Counted from the stretch's first letter, positions 43,445 to 61,196 are shown. The stretch: 64,000 nucleotides of DNA from Eledone cirrhosa (GCA_964016885.1 OZ024746.1:43958001-44022000); one strand, 5' to 3'. Program-made: numbers and translations. The notes: generated by a model from the sequence alone, not told the origin.

Positions 43445-44367
43445 TCTTAGATTCTTCCGCGCCATTCGGCGCATCCAGCAGTAAGTACTCGCCAACGGTC
43501 ACGATCAGTGACAACATTTTCGACACCGTGCCAGGTGATGTTGGCTGCCACCAGGTCCTTCTGGAACGTTCGTCGCCAGGTGATCCTTGGGCAACCCCGC
43601 CTCCGTTTACCGCCAGGCGGGGTCTAGTTCATTGATGTTTTTGAATGCCGTTCATTTGGCAGACGCAGAATATGGCCAACCAGACGGCACCGACACTCCG
43701 TGACCACTCTCTGTAGCAACCACGACTCGGCGCTCCGTAGGATCTCCTCGTTTCGCACTCGGTCGCGCCAAGACACACGAAGGATCTTTCGCAGGCACCG
43801 CTGGTGGAAAGCGTTCAGCCGTCTCTCTATTTTTGCCGTACTCTTCCAGGTCTTGCTCGCATAAAGCACTGTCGGCAGCACGATGCTCTTGTACAGGCGG
43901 AGCTTGGTCTTGGTGCTAATGCATGAAGACGACCAGGCTGGGCACAGCCGCTGGAAAACTGCGGCTCCTTTGCCGATCCGACAGTTGATGTCGAGCTCCG
44001 CGTCGCCGTTGCTTGTCAGGATGCTGCCCAAATAGGTGAAGTGATCGACTTCCTCGAGGTCCTGTTGGTTGACTCTGATCACTGGACCTGTGTTTCTGGC
44101 CGTTCTCATGACCTTGACCTTTCGATCTTTTCCGCACTCTCTTGTAGGGATGTTGTTAGGGCCTGCAGATCTGCAGTTTTCAGCGATCAAAGCGATGTCG
44201 CTGGCGAATGCCAGGTCCCTCATCCTCGACTGCCCTCTCCATGGGATTCCTAGACCGGGTCGTTCATCCATTCGCCTTAGTACGAAATCGGCTGCCAGCA
44301 GGAACAACAGTGGAGAGTGAATGCAACCCTGTCTGACTCTGGAGACAATGTCAAAGAACTCCGTCTA
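43445..44367 (-). mobile_element. 5'-truncated GC-rich RTE LINE in (TA)n/(TACA)n
   Basis: GVRQGCI(L)[69 protein letters not shown]; 3' end ...AATCTAAG joined to microsatellite. Confidence 0.9.
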
Positions 44368-44446
44368 CATACATATATACATACATATATATAAATACAC
44401 ATGCATGTATATATATATACACATGCATGTATATATATATATATAC

Positions 44447-44501
<55 letters not shown>

Positions 44502-44524
44502 CATACATACATATATACATATAC

Positions 44525-44573
<49 letters not shown>

Positions 44574-44588
44574 CATACATATATATAC

Positions 44589-44621
<33 letters not shown>

Positions 44622-44634
44622 CATATATACATAC

Positions 44635-44667
<33 letters not shown>

Positions 44668-44761
44668 CATATATATATATACATACATATATACATACAT
44701 ACATACATATATATACATACATACATATATACATACATACATACATACATACATACATACA

Positions 44762-44847
<86 letters not shown>

Positions 44848-44907
44848 TAAAACAATGAAATTGATTTTTTATTTCATTGTTTTAACATATATCATGACTC
44901 TGTTTTC

Positions 44908-44966
<59 letters not shown>

Positions 44967-44969
<3 letters not shown>

Positions 44970-45580
44970 TGGCTGCCAACTCGTTTTCGAGTACGGCCAC
45001 TACTTTATATCCATGTAGGAGAACCCCTACCGATGCGCTGAACGAGTGTGACTTTTTAGTCTAGTTAGCGACTTGAAAAACTCTGGTACAAACACTACAC
45101 TTGTGACAATTATTGACACATAGTGCTCGGCCCATGGTACCATGTGACGACAAGTGCAGAGAGGTCTCCAGATATAAAGCAATGCCTGCGCCGTGAAGCT
45201 TTTATAGTGAGCAAAGGCACTGCACAAAGCCAGTCCCACTCCCTTAACCAAGATGATATTTACCAAAAAGAAGAACAAGTCAACATCATTGGATACCATC
45301 AGGGTTGCAGGTGTTATATCAGAGTTTTCCTTCTCCTAGAATTCTGCCTTGACAAAGGCTAAGGGGTCATCTCTCCCGGTGATTTTGGATGGCCATTGAC
45401 TCTTAAGAGCTCCTTTGCCCTTTGACAGGTTTTGTTTTTAGTCCTGCAGGATGTCCAAAGTCACCCTCCTCACCAAGAAACCTTGGTGGGGTTGCCAGTT
45501 TAGTCCGCCAACGACCCGACCATAGGACAGGTTTATACTGGAATACATGTTACCAGTAGCACCAACTAGTGACCTGACAC
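44967..45580 (-). mobile_element. ~600-bp non-autonomous retroposon in (TA)n, copy B
   Basis: Inverted near-identical copy of 40587-41169, retaining the GTGTCAGGTCAC 5' end. Confidence 0.85.
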
Positions 45581-45589
45581 TATATATAT

Positions 45590-45655
<66 letters not shown>

Positions 45656-46084
45656 ATTTAATATATATATATATATAATGAATGATTCAAAGAGTCAGAT
45701 TTGTCACACACTGCGGCAGGCTTAATCTTCTCGAGAACTACGTTATGGGCGCACGTGTCTGTGAAATTGAAATGTTTAGTCATTTGCACGTTAATTTCAC
45801 GAGCAGGTTGTTTCATTGGTCAAAGATCTGGACCGTTCGCTGATACGACCGACAAAGGCTCACCACACATATATGTGATAAGTTTACTATTCTGTTAACA
45901 TGATTGACTCAATTTTTGTTTGAATTAAATATAAAATTAATAAATAAATAAATACTCTGACATAAATTGTTCAATGCCTGAACTACGTTCTATGTACAAA
46001 CTACTTTTGTCAAACAATGATGCAACAGTAGACATTGAATGCAAGCAGATAGTAACTTCGTTATTTATTCTATTAACGAAGTCA

Positions 46085-46432
46085 TTCTTTTAGTCTTTTA
46101 CTAGTTTCAATCATTTGACTACGTCCATGCTGGAGCATTGCTTTAATTTGGTCAATCATATCGACTCCAATACTTATTTTTTCAAATCTGGTACTTATTT
46201 TATCAAACTGTTTTGACGTACCACTATGTTATCCAGACAAACACACAAACACACATGTGTATATTTGTGTGTAAGATAGGCTTTTACAGTGGCCGTCTAC
46301 CAAAATCCTTTCACAAGACATTGATCAACACAAAAGTGTTATAGTAGCAGACACTGGCCCAAGGTGTCGCAAAGCGGGAAGGATCCCTAAAACACGTGGT
46401 TGCGAAGCGAACTCCTTACCCACACAGCCATG
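46085..46432 (-). mobile_element. tRNA-derived SINE, third family
   Basis: Minus-strand head TGGCTGTGTGGGTAAGGAGTTCGCTTCGCAACCACGTG..GCGACACCTTGGGCCAGTGTC; tail CTCCAGCATGGACGTAGTCAAATGATTGAAACTAGTAAAAGA. Confidence 0.7.
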
Positions 46433-47219
46433 CAGGCGCCTGTTTGTTGAGACTGAATACAGTGCACGGGATGTGCAACAGAGTTAGAAAGCTCAATAAA
46501 TAATATCTTAGAATACGCAACCTTTAAACAGAATGAAGCGGGTTAGAGGTGTAACGAGATATTTTAAATATATTGGAACTCGCCATTTCGATTCGACAAC
46601 AACGATATATGCATTATAGCATGCTTGCATAAATATATTTGCACATAATATATATGTGTATGTATACGTATGATATAGATACGTATAATATAGATACAAT
46701 TGAGTCTTTTAAAAATAGACATACACATATACTTACATGTATGCAGGCACACATGCATACACACACACACACATACATACTCACATACCTCATACACACC
46801 CACCCACCCACCCACATACATAGACACCTTCATATATATACACCTACATACATAGAGCCGACAATAAAGTACACCTCACATAGCTATTGAATTCTATTTT
46901 TAACGCCCTTTTGCAGAAACAAATCTTTTGTGTAATGACTTCATTCATTGCACCTTTTCCCCTAAGACAGTAGGGAAATAAAATTCTATCCTATTAAATT
47001 TCCGTGCATTTATGTATGTATATTATGTTTCTGCCTGTGTATATGCGTGAGTATATACAGCATTCTTGTTCTTGGATCGTTTTATTGTATCTCACTGCTA
47101 CATATGTGAGTACGTGTGTGTGCACAAGCCGACTGTATATGTAAAGAAAAATAACAAAAACAAACGCACACATACACAAGCACGCACATATACCCCCCCC
47201 CCCCACCACCCCAACAAAA

Positions 47220-47376
47220 ATTTGCTGGCCTTGTGTCTATATAAGAAACCATTATTTTAAGGGGGTTGATTAGCAATGTCGGTAGAGTGTCGAAATTCGC
47301 AAGTGTAGCCTTGCCTCTCATCCTTACGGGGTCGATATAATAAAGTACCAGTAACGTACTGGAATCAATTTATTAG

Positions 47377-47408
<32 letters not shown>

Positions 47409-47540
47409 TCTTGACCTTGTGCCTAAATCAAAAACCATTATTATTAATATTTTCATCCTTACGGGGGGTCGACAAAATAAAGTACCAGTAATTGCACTGA
47501 GTTATTTGCTGGCCTTGTGCCAAATGTAGAAACAATTATT
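47220..47540 (+). mobile_element. Cluster of three partial SINE copies (family A)
   Basis: Repeated TTGCTGGCCTTGTG tails and two CATCCTTACGGGG..GTCGA..AAAGTACCAG cores. Confidence 0.8.
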
Positions 47541-48249
47541 AATATTTAACAACTAAGCAATACTATGTAACACTGGGTGAATACAAATTACAAGAGGAGT
47601 ATTTTTGATCGTTATACGTGTATGTTCATAAGTATCTAAAAATGCCCACCCCCATATATATATGTGTGTGTGTGTACACAAACACAATACATATGCTCAT
47701 ATCCATATATATCCATATATTTATATATGTATATATATATACACACACGCACACAAGCAAGAGCAACTTTGTGTGTTTGTATACTTGATTTGCAACTATG
47801 TTCAATATACGCCGACACCGCATAACATATTAGCAGTTGTAAGAAAAACCACACACTTAACCGTATATTGAAAACAGCGCACATGCTTCTATTTACTGAG
47901 TAGTATAGATATATTCAATCGTCTTTTGTATCGAAACCACAAAAGCCCGCTTTAAAGCGCTACACACGGCAAATGTGTTACCTTAAATATATTACGTCTA
48001 AGATACATGTATAATTTACATTGAGACCAAAACATATGAATCGATACGAATTATTTTCTGAACCAAATTCCTCAGATCGTGATAAAATATCTTCTGCTCA
48101 CTTCAGTATATAATCGAATGGAAAAAAAAAAATATGAAAGAAGCGATATGGTATTTTTTATAAGCTTTAAAAAGCTTGTATAGATAGAGATGTCGTTGTG
48201 TACTGAATTAAAATACTTTTTTTTTAAGGTATCAGAGTTTCTGTCACGC

Positions 48250-52065
<3,816 letters not shown>

Positions 52066-52201
52066 TAGAAATCCACCAATTAATGGTAGGGTCCAAGCCG
52101 TATGAAGAACTCAATGTAATACGTATGTAGATGTCGTGAAGCAAAGTTTAAAATACAAAATTTCAACGATATAATTTCTTTTTTTATATTCTTCAATAAA
52201 C

Positions 52202-52340
52202 AAAACTCATCATTTCTGAAGACGGCGGGTAGGGAAGACATATGTATATTTTCTTACTTTGATAATTTGTAATATATTTTACATAGATCACTAATAGAAT
52301 GAACATACGGCCCAGAAACGATCGTAAAATAATGAGTTTT
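52202..52340 (+). ncRNA. Type I hammerhead ribozyme motif with long stem I and large stem II insert
   Basis: AAAACTCATCATTT-CTGAAGA-[92 nt]-GAAA-CGATCG-TA-AAATAATGAGTTTT; 13/14-bp stem I, palindromic ACGATCGT stem III; stem II base imperfect. Confidence 0.7.
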
Positions 52341-52577
52341 ACAATGAATTACACCTATTTTGTTTAATTTCATTGTTTTCACTATTTGTATTATATGTGT
52401 ATATTTTAACTTTAATTATATCTCATAAAATAATACAACTGGCTTTCCACAAAATAGATATAGTTAGCACCCCAAACACTTAAATTGGGTCTATACTAAC
52501 ATATAACCTAATGTTTGTTGAGTGAGATGGTTACCAGTCGGAGTTTAGCTTTAAGCTATCTCTGTTATTGTATTAAA

Positions 52578-52647
<70 letters not shown>

Positions 52648-52654
52648 CACACAC

Positions 52655-52734
<80 letters not shown>

Positions 52735-52865
52735 CTATATATATGTTTATGTGTATGTGTGTGTGTATGTGTGTGTGTGTATAAATAGAGATGTATATCT
52801 ATAGTTCTATGTGTATGTATATACACACACACACACACAAACACACACACACGCACTTACACATA

Positions 52866-52990
52866 TGGCGAATTAGCGGAATCGTTATAGTACTGGATAT
52901 ATTGCCATGCTCTATTGGTTCCGGCGCTTTGAGTTCAAATCGCACCGATGTTAACCTCGCCTTTAAACCGTTGAATGTACCTGAAATAAA
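52866..52990 (+). mobile_element. SINE 5' fragment (family A-related)
   Basis: GGCGAATTAGCGGAATCGTTA..GAGTTCAAATCGCACCGATGTTAACCTCGCCTTT. Confidence 0.7.
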
Positions 52991-53297
52991 TTCATGGCTT
53001 CATTCTCCTCTGTTTTTTGTAGAAACGGACTTTGGTCACACATGGAGAATCATGAACTCAACCAAGTTTAACTGTTGGACATTAATATCTTTATGCCCAA
53101 TGCTCATACAATAAAATGTCTACACATAGACTCACATATATATCTAAATGGTTCGTTAGGCCGGTGTTTATCCCGGTTTCGTGGCATGAAGCGACTGAGA
53201 GTAAAAGACCCCACCTTCACCGCACTGGTCAGGGCGCCAGTCCATCGCAGTGTTAAATCTCCAGCTATTGCTGGTATTCATTTTCAGCTGAAAATGA

Positions 53298-53401
53298 TAC
53301 ACACACACACATATATATTTATACACACACACACAGACAATATGTACATGTACATATATATATATATATACACACACACACATATATATGCACATACATG
53401 T

Positions 53402-53458
<57 letters not shown>

Positions 53459-53771
53459 TATACACACATATATATATATACATATATACACACACACACA
53501 TATATATATATATACATATATACACACATATATATATACGTACCTATCTATGTATATATATATGTGTGTGTGTATATATATATATATACGCATATACATT
53601 TATATACACATATATATACCCCCCACACACACGTATATATATATATATATATATACATACACACACACACACACATACATATATATACATAGCTATATAT
53701 GTGTGTGTGTATATATATATATTTATATATATATATACATACCTATATATATATATATATATGTGTGTGTG

Positions 53772-53804
<33 letters not shown>

Positions 53805-54109
53805 ATGTATATATATATGTGTGTGTGTGTATGTATATATATATATGTGTGTGTGTATGTATATATATTTATGTGTGTATATATATGTATATATATATAT
53901 TTATGTGTGTGTATATATATATATATATATATACATATATATGTGTATGTATGTATATATATATACATATGTATGTATATATATATACATATGTATGTAT
54001 ATATATATACATATGTATATATATATATATACATATGTATATATGTACTTATAAATAGTTATATATATATATATATACATATGTATGTACATATATATAT
54101 ATACCTATG

Positions 54110-54163
<54 letters not shown>

Positions 54164-54240
54164 CATACGTATGTGTGCATATGTATACTTATAAATATAT
54201 ATATATATACACACGTATGTGTGTATATATATACTTATAA

Positions 54241-54273
<33 letters not shown>

Positions 54274-54515
54274 TATACATACGTATGTGTATTTATATAC
54301 TTTAAAATATTTATATATATATACACACACACATATATATATATACACATACATATATATACATACGTATGTGTACATATATATACTTATAAATATATAT
54401 ATATACACATATATATACATCTATATATATATATACATATCTCTCTCTATATATATATGGTATACATATATATATATATATAAACATATATACATATATA
54501 TATACATATATACAT

Positions 54516-54546
<31 letters not shown>

Positions 54547-54628
54547 TACATATACACATATACATATACACATATATATACATATATACATACACATATA
54601 TATACATATATACATATATACATATACA

Positions 54629-54695
<67 letters not shown>

Positions 54696-54700
54696 GCATG
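53298..54700. repeat. (TA)n/(CA)n/(TG)n compound microsatellite
   Basis: Directly visible. Confidence 0.97.
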
Positions 54701-55520
54701 TATGCAAACAGAAATACACACACAGACACTCAAACACAGACATTTATATACGCAAAATATTTACAAACACGCTTATACACACGCATATCTGTAATGTTTC
54801 AATATTTTTTCTATGTGTTGATTTTAATCGCTACTATTAGCGTTTTTGTAACAAAAGTATCATAAGTTTGTTGCTGCTAGTTTCGTTTCGAGCTATTAGG
54901 AAGCGATTTTAAGGTTTTCAGGCGACATGAAATAGCAGACGGGTTTTGCCAACCAAAGTTATGCAACTAAGAAAAGAATAAATATTCGTCTGAAAATAAT
55001 AATAAAAATACGTACAAAAGGATTGGAAATAGTTTTTTAGTCGTTATTATTTGTCTCTGTGCCATTATAAACATTTTTCTTTGTTATTTTCTTATAATAC
55101 ACACTTTTCTAAACACGCGTGTAAATGTATTTAGTTTGTTTAACACTTCACTACAATAATGAAAGTAGCGAGACTTCAAACGTATTACTTTTTTTTTTCA
55201 AGTTTCTGCAAATAAAGAAATACCGGAGCTGAATCAACTTAATTTCTATACCAAGACGATTTATGTACTTTTTTCGTTATTGTTTTATACTTTATAATAC
55301 CTATAATTTCAAGAAACTGTATTGGAAGAAGTTAAATCGAAATCAATGAAAAGAAAAAAAAGTAATTTCTTTCCTTTACTTTGTTAAATTTAATTATAAA
55401 TTTGTTACCAGGACATACTGAACAAATAGCGAAAGGGAAGAAGTTTGTGTGAGAGTGATTTTACCGACAATGTAAAATGTTTAAAAGTAAAGTTGTTTGA
55501 TTGGGAAGTGATAAACCTAC

Positions 55521-55796
55521 CTTGACATGTTGAATAATGTCAATGTCAACGATGGAGTAGTCGTAAGAAAGTCTCAGTAAGTCCACTTGGACAAATGATG
55601 CACCTGGACAATTGTATTTCTCTGCTGTAGACTCTTTTCTTTCCAAATTATCTTGGCCAGGTGCAACAATCTTGTCTGTCTGAGACTCAACCGTGGTACC
55701 ACTGATGCCAACGGAAACATCTTTTGTTGCAAATACAGATCCAAGTTGACAAATTCCAAGAAATAAATGTAAGAAATTATATCGGAAGATTCGCAT
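55521..55796 (-). CDS. Candidate first coding exon of a secreted or membrane protein of unknown family
   Basis: ACCATG start, signal-peptide-like MRIFRYNFLHLFLGICQLGSVFA, 92 non-repetitive codons ending at a phase-0 donor AAG|GTAGGT (55521/55520); unique CpG-containing upstream sequence; no downstream exon identified. Confidence 0.6.
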
Positions 55797-57873
55797 GGTA
55801 AACCTTCAAGTTGTACGCACTCGCCGGAGGAGCAAAGTCGCACAACAAAGATCTCTTGTAATGTAACAAGAGATAGAATTTACTCTAAGAATTCGACAAT
55901 AATAAGATCGATAATTTGGCTGTTCCAATTTGCTTCACTAATCTGTCGGTAGTTGTGTACAAAATATTAATTTGTCAAACAACTTCACGGACACATGAAA
56001 AATATTTCAATTAAAAAAATCCATAATGTTTAATAAATGTTGATAGCATATAGAATTTCACATTTTAAAATCGAACTTAGGAAGTAACAGTAAAATAACT
56101 AATATTAACGCTAAGCACAAACAGGTTGATGCAAAACTAGACTCATCCCGTTGCGCACTCGATTCCACTGTCTCAGTTTCAATCTTTTACTCTCACTCCC
56201 TATCTAGTGATATTCTCTTCACCCTCTCTCTCAGCTACAACCCGGCAAGAAGAGCTTTGATTCTTTCTTCCTAAGTCATTTTCTCGTTTTATATTAATAA
56301 TTGCTTAATTATTCTTTAATAACTGATTGTTTATTAGTCAAAGAAAAGTCGAATACTATTGCCACTATCAACACCCTGAAAACATACGCGGAAAACCAAA
56401 AAAACACTATACCATGGGCGCTCTAAGACGAATACATATCTCGATTTTATTTCCAGTCCGGGAGAAGAAGCAGTACTTCTCTATGTCGGACTACTACTTC
56501 TATTTACAACAGCAACCACTACACCTGAAGCTTGCTGATGCTGGTGCGTACGTCAGTAACGTACATTAAAACAATTTAGATTTCTACATTTATTGACACT
56601 ATAAGAAGAAAAAAAAAAGCTGGTCGAAATTGTTAATTGGTTCAGTATAATAGATATTTTTTTATAGAGAGTTATAAGAGCAGTGTTTCTAATTTCTCTC
56701 GTTCTGTTACCCTGGTTGGTATTTTCCTCGCCGAATACACCCTCCATGTTTTCATTGAGGTATTATTATATATTTGTCATGTTGGCGACTAGTTGCACAC
56801 CGTTACCAATATGACCAAAACCCGTTACCGACATTCTTGAGATGGCTTTAGCCTCTCACTCTTAAACTGTATTATATTCCCTCCCTAGAACATTACCAAA
56901 AACCTCAAAACCAAAACAAACAGCCGACTCCCTTATAAAGAGAGAAGGTAGGTCACATTATTGTCTTCAGAAATTGAATTTCTATGAATTTGGAAAATGA
57001 TCATTTTGGTTTGATAATTAATTGATATTATGAAAAAGAAAGAGAAATTCTAATTTATATTGTTTTCTGATTATTTGTTGTTAGATGTATATTTTAGAAT
57101 ATATGTATAGAGTACACTGTTGTTTATAATTTATATTTTATACTGAATGATTGTGCAATGCAAGCACTTTATTGTGGTCCATATTTGAATAAACAATTAA
57201 ATTTTCCCCTTATGAAATGATGTTGGATGATTGTAGAATTGTGACTGCTTTCATATTTATTTCGATTGAATGTTGTTGAAAAAAAAGGATGAGAAATTTA
57301 TGTACATTCAGTACTACTCATCTAGCATTACAGTATCACAGATACAGTTTGTAGTCATTTATCGCAGTGTTGCCGTAATGTATAGACATGTAGTCGTCTA
57401 TAAAATATGTCAGCACGCGCACCTACTGTGCCGTTATTCGCATCTGTTGAGCATGACGGATTTCCGTTATGCATTACATTCTCTCCAGCCATAACATCGA
57501 TGTTCTTCATCATCGCTGTTGTTATGTTTACTACTATTATTCCCACTTCATACTTCATTCTGGCCATTCTTAACTATTTTCATTTTAAATACTAATACTA
57601 GTTGTTTTTGTTAATGCAGCTGCCTGCGAATCTTATTCAGTGTACTTTCGATCACTCCTCCAATGCTATACACTACCTACTACCTTAATGGATGATCGCT
57701 GTTAGTAGTTGTCATGTATTAATGAGCTGCTGGGCTCCTTTTTCTTTTTATGAATTATAAATAAACATAAAAAAATGCATCATGATATAGCCTGTACTTA
57801 TATAAGTAAAATCTCGCATAAATACGCTTGGTATATATGTTGTTATAATTCACCCGATGAATATATATATATA

Positions 57874-57932
<59 letters not shown>

Positions 57933-59676
57933 CTGTACTTGATAATAACCCTTCGAAATAGATACACATTAATATCTTTGAGTTTCGTGTGTTCCATATT
58001 ACATCGTTAATTCCTTTCACCTTTCCGTTTCCGAAAGGAAGAAAAATACTGCAGCTGTATTTTCCGTGTGGGTTGTATCTTTCTTTCTGTCTCTCTTTTC
58101 TTCCTTCTAAGTGTATCGCAATAACATATTAATATATTGATAGAGATTTATCAAGTGTCTTTTTTTATTCATCTTTATAACCAGAAATTATGTCACGTTA
58201 GATAAAATAGGGAAAAGACCATACATTCCAATGATATATCGATCGGTTGTTACGTCACTGATAAGTAGGTGAGAGCAGGTGGAACAGCCCTCCTCTCTCT
58301 AGCTAGCTTATAGTAGTAGGAGAAGCAGGGGAAAAATATGTAATAATTATAAATGCAAAAACAACAAAAAAGATAATGTACTATGTTTTAATAAAAAATG
58401 TTATTTTGGTACACTATTTTGGTAAAAAATCGTAATTTCGCAGCGGAAAGCTCGGAGCGTTTGGTCTAATGATATAATTGTAGTACATTACTGGTACCTT
58501 ATTCCATTAGATATGTCCTTAATGATTGATTTGAAACCTCATTTCGTCAATAATGATAATAACAACAATAATAATATATTAATTTTAAATCTTAATTCCA
58601 AAGATTTAAAATAATTTCAATATTAAAGCTGAATCAAAATGTATGTTGGGTTTAAAATTTCTAATCTGCCAATTCTCTTTCGTTTTGATTTCAATGTTCT
58701 TGAATATTAATGCACTTCCGGTTATAATTATCTGATGAACCCCCCCCCCCCCCCTCCCTGTAATATTATTCCTATTTGCCCGCAAAATATGCAATCCTCT
58801 TGCATAAAAATAATCTATCCGTTTTTTTAAATTTGGGATTTTTTTTTTATTTAGAAAATTATTTTAATCCTGGAGATTTAGATTTTGACTATTCTCTAGA
58901 ATTATGATTCCATAATCTGATCAATATTGACATGCACATGTGGGTGAACAAATCCACTGCTTATATTTGAATGGTTGTTTTATTTATTTATTTTGCTTGC
59001 TTTGCAGAATTCGTTTTTTTCTCAAGTAGGATTTAAACTTTTTGATATTTTCTAATAGCATTTCTTTGTTCAATATGGATATCATGTGTAGTTCTTTCAT
59101 AGCACATAATGATGGATTTTGCTTTGGATGCTACCATTTCTTCCGTTCTTTTTAGCCCTGAGAAAATAAATGGAAGATATTGCATGCATTATTGATAATG
59201 TTAACATACTTAATTGTTAACTTCTCATTTTGTCTGTATTTAAGCTCTTAGAAATTTATTGTGGATATATTTATGAAATTGATAAACATTTCTGGAATAG
59301 TTTGCAAATATTTAAATTAACAGACTGTATATTCAACAGTATTTTTTGTTATCCCCAATCAGACAATATCACTGTAAAGTTGTCTTAGTAAAAATATATA
59401 ATTCCATACATTTAGATTTAAGAAATATTTTTGAAGTTTTAATTCTTATGACTATTTTATGTACTTAATCAAAATATGTTCATATTGCACAATTATGTAA
59501 TATTAAAAGCCTTTTTACTTTGCAGCTTGCTTAAGTTTCTCACATGAACATGTTTTTTTTTGTTTTTTTTTATACTTAAGACTGAAAACCTAATTGTCAA
59601 TGTTCTTGGCTGTTCACTATTTAAACATTTTTTTTATTCATTTGTTTATCATTAAATAATAATAATAATAATAATA

Positions 59677-59715
<39 letters not shown>

Positions 59716-60451
59716 GTGCTGCCTTTATTGTTTGCTAAATTTCAGCCAAGTGTAGCCAATAAAGAAAACATTATTATATTATTATTATTATTTTATTATT
59801 ATTTTTTTTTTAATTTCACATTTCATTTCATGTATCTTATTCTAGTAAGATTTGTTTCGGTAATTCTGAAATAAATTTACTGACCTCACTTCAGCTTATT
59901 CGAGGAAAAGCTCCCTTTACTGGTAGATATCTATATACTACTACAGCCATTTTTTTTTTTTCTAAAATAGTTGAACTATTTATTTTACTTGTCACAATTA
60001 AAAGAAAGTGACATTATACTGTTTCTGCTGCAAGTTCCATGGAAGAAACATTTAAAACCATAAAACTGGAAATGTATATTTTTTTAAATTACTAATTTTG
60101 CTTTGCCTTCTTCAAGGGATTAGGTGTCAATTATCACATTTAAAAAAATTATTTTCTAAGGATGTTTCGGATGTATTTTTAAGATGTATTCATTATTTAT
60201 TATTAGAAAGCTTCCTTCTGACCTTCAAAATAGTGTTGTATCATCTGCATAGTCTAATAGTTGTATGCGATTAGTGCTTCAGATTTGGTTATCTTTCACA
60301 CTCTCCTGCTGAGGTTTTATATTTTTATTATAATGCAAAAACTAATTCTATTAAGATAAAAAACAAAACAATATTGTTATATTCATTCAAATTTAATTGT
60401 TTTCATTAATATGGAAGAGTTTACCAAATTTTACTCTTCAATAATAAAGAT

Positions 60452-60635
60452 AGTGGTGGATTGGCAGAATTAGTAGAACATCAGATAAAATGCTATTGCA
60501 GTATTTGTTCTGACTCATAATGTTCTGAGTTCAAATCCTGCCTTGCTTTCATCCTTCCAGTGAAATACTGGGGTCGATTTAACCAACTTTGACCTTCCAC
60601 CAAATTTGCTAGCCTTCTGTCTAAATTAGAAATCA
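60452..60635 (+). mobile_element. Old SINE (family A-related)
   Basis: GGATTGGCAGAATTAGTAGA..CTGAGTTCAAATCCTGCC..CTTTCATCCTT. Confidence 0.75.
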
Positions 60636-60638
60636 GTA

Positions 60639-61196
60639 TTAACTCTTTAGCATTTAAACTGGCCGTATCTGGTCAGAATTCTCTTGCCACTCTCTGTTCA
60701 AACTGGCTGTAATTTGCTTCTCATACTGATGTTAAGGTATGATTCTCAAGATATCAAATTATGTGAGATATGTAGAGGCACATGGCTTAGTGGTTAGTGC
60801 ATTGGCCTTGCAATCGAAAGGTTGTGAGTTCAATTCTCAGACCGGGTGATGTGTTGTTTCCTTGAGCAAGGCACTTTATTTCACATTGCTCCAGTTTACT
60901 CAGCTGTAGAAATGAGATGATAGGGACTGGGGTCCCTATCATTCCACTGCAAAGTGGTCGTGGAGGTGCCACGGCAAAAAAGCACCCAGCACTCACTGTA
61001 AATGAGGTTGGTGTTAGGAAGGGCATCCAGCTGTAGAAATCAAGCCAGAATAAGTTCCCGTCCCACCCTTGCAAGCAGGGAAAAGTGGACGTAAAAATGA
61101 AATGATGATGATGATGATGATAATTATATGAAATAAAGCCTTTCCACGAAAATACAATAGTATATATATAGAGTAATGTAAATGCTAAAGGGTTAA
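60639..61196. mobile_element. piggyBac-type MITE with nested SINE
   Basis: TTAA-CTCTTTAGCATTTA ... TAAATGCTAAAGGG-TTAA. Confidence 0.75.
60775..61120 (+). mobile_element. CORE-like SINE (family B) with LINE-like tail and (GAT)n end
   Basis: GGCACATGGCTTAGTGGTTAG..GTGAGTTCAATTC..CCTTGAGCAAGGCACTTTATTTCACATTGCTCCAG..AGGAAGGGCATCCAGCTGTAGAAA..GATGATGAT. Confidence 0.85.
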
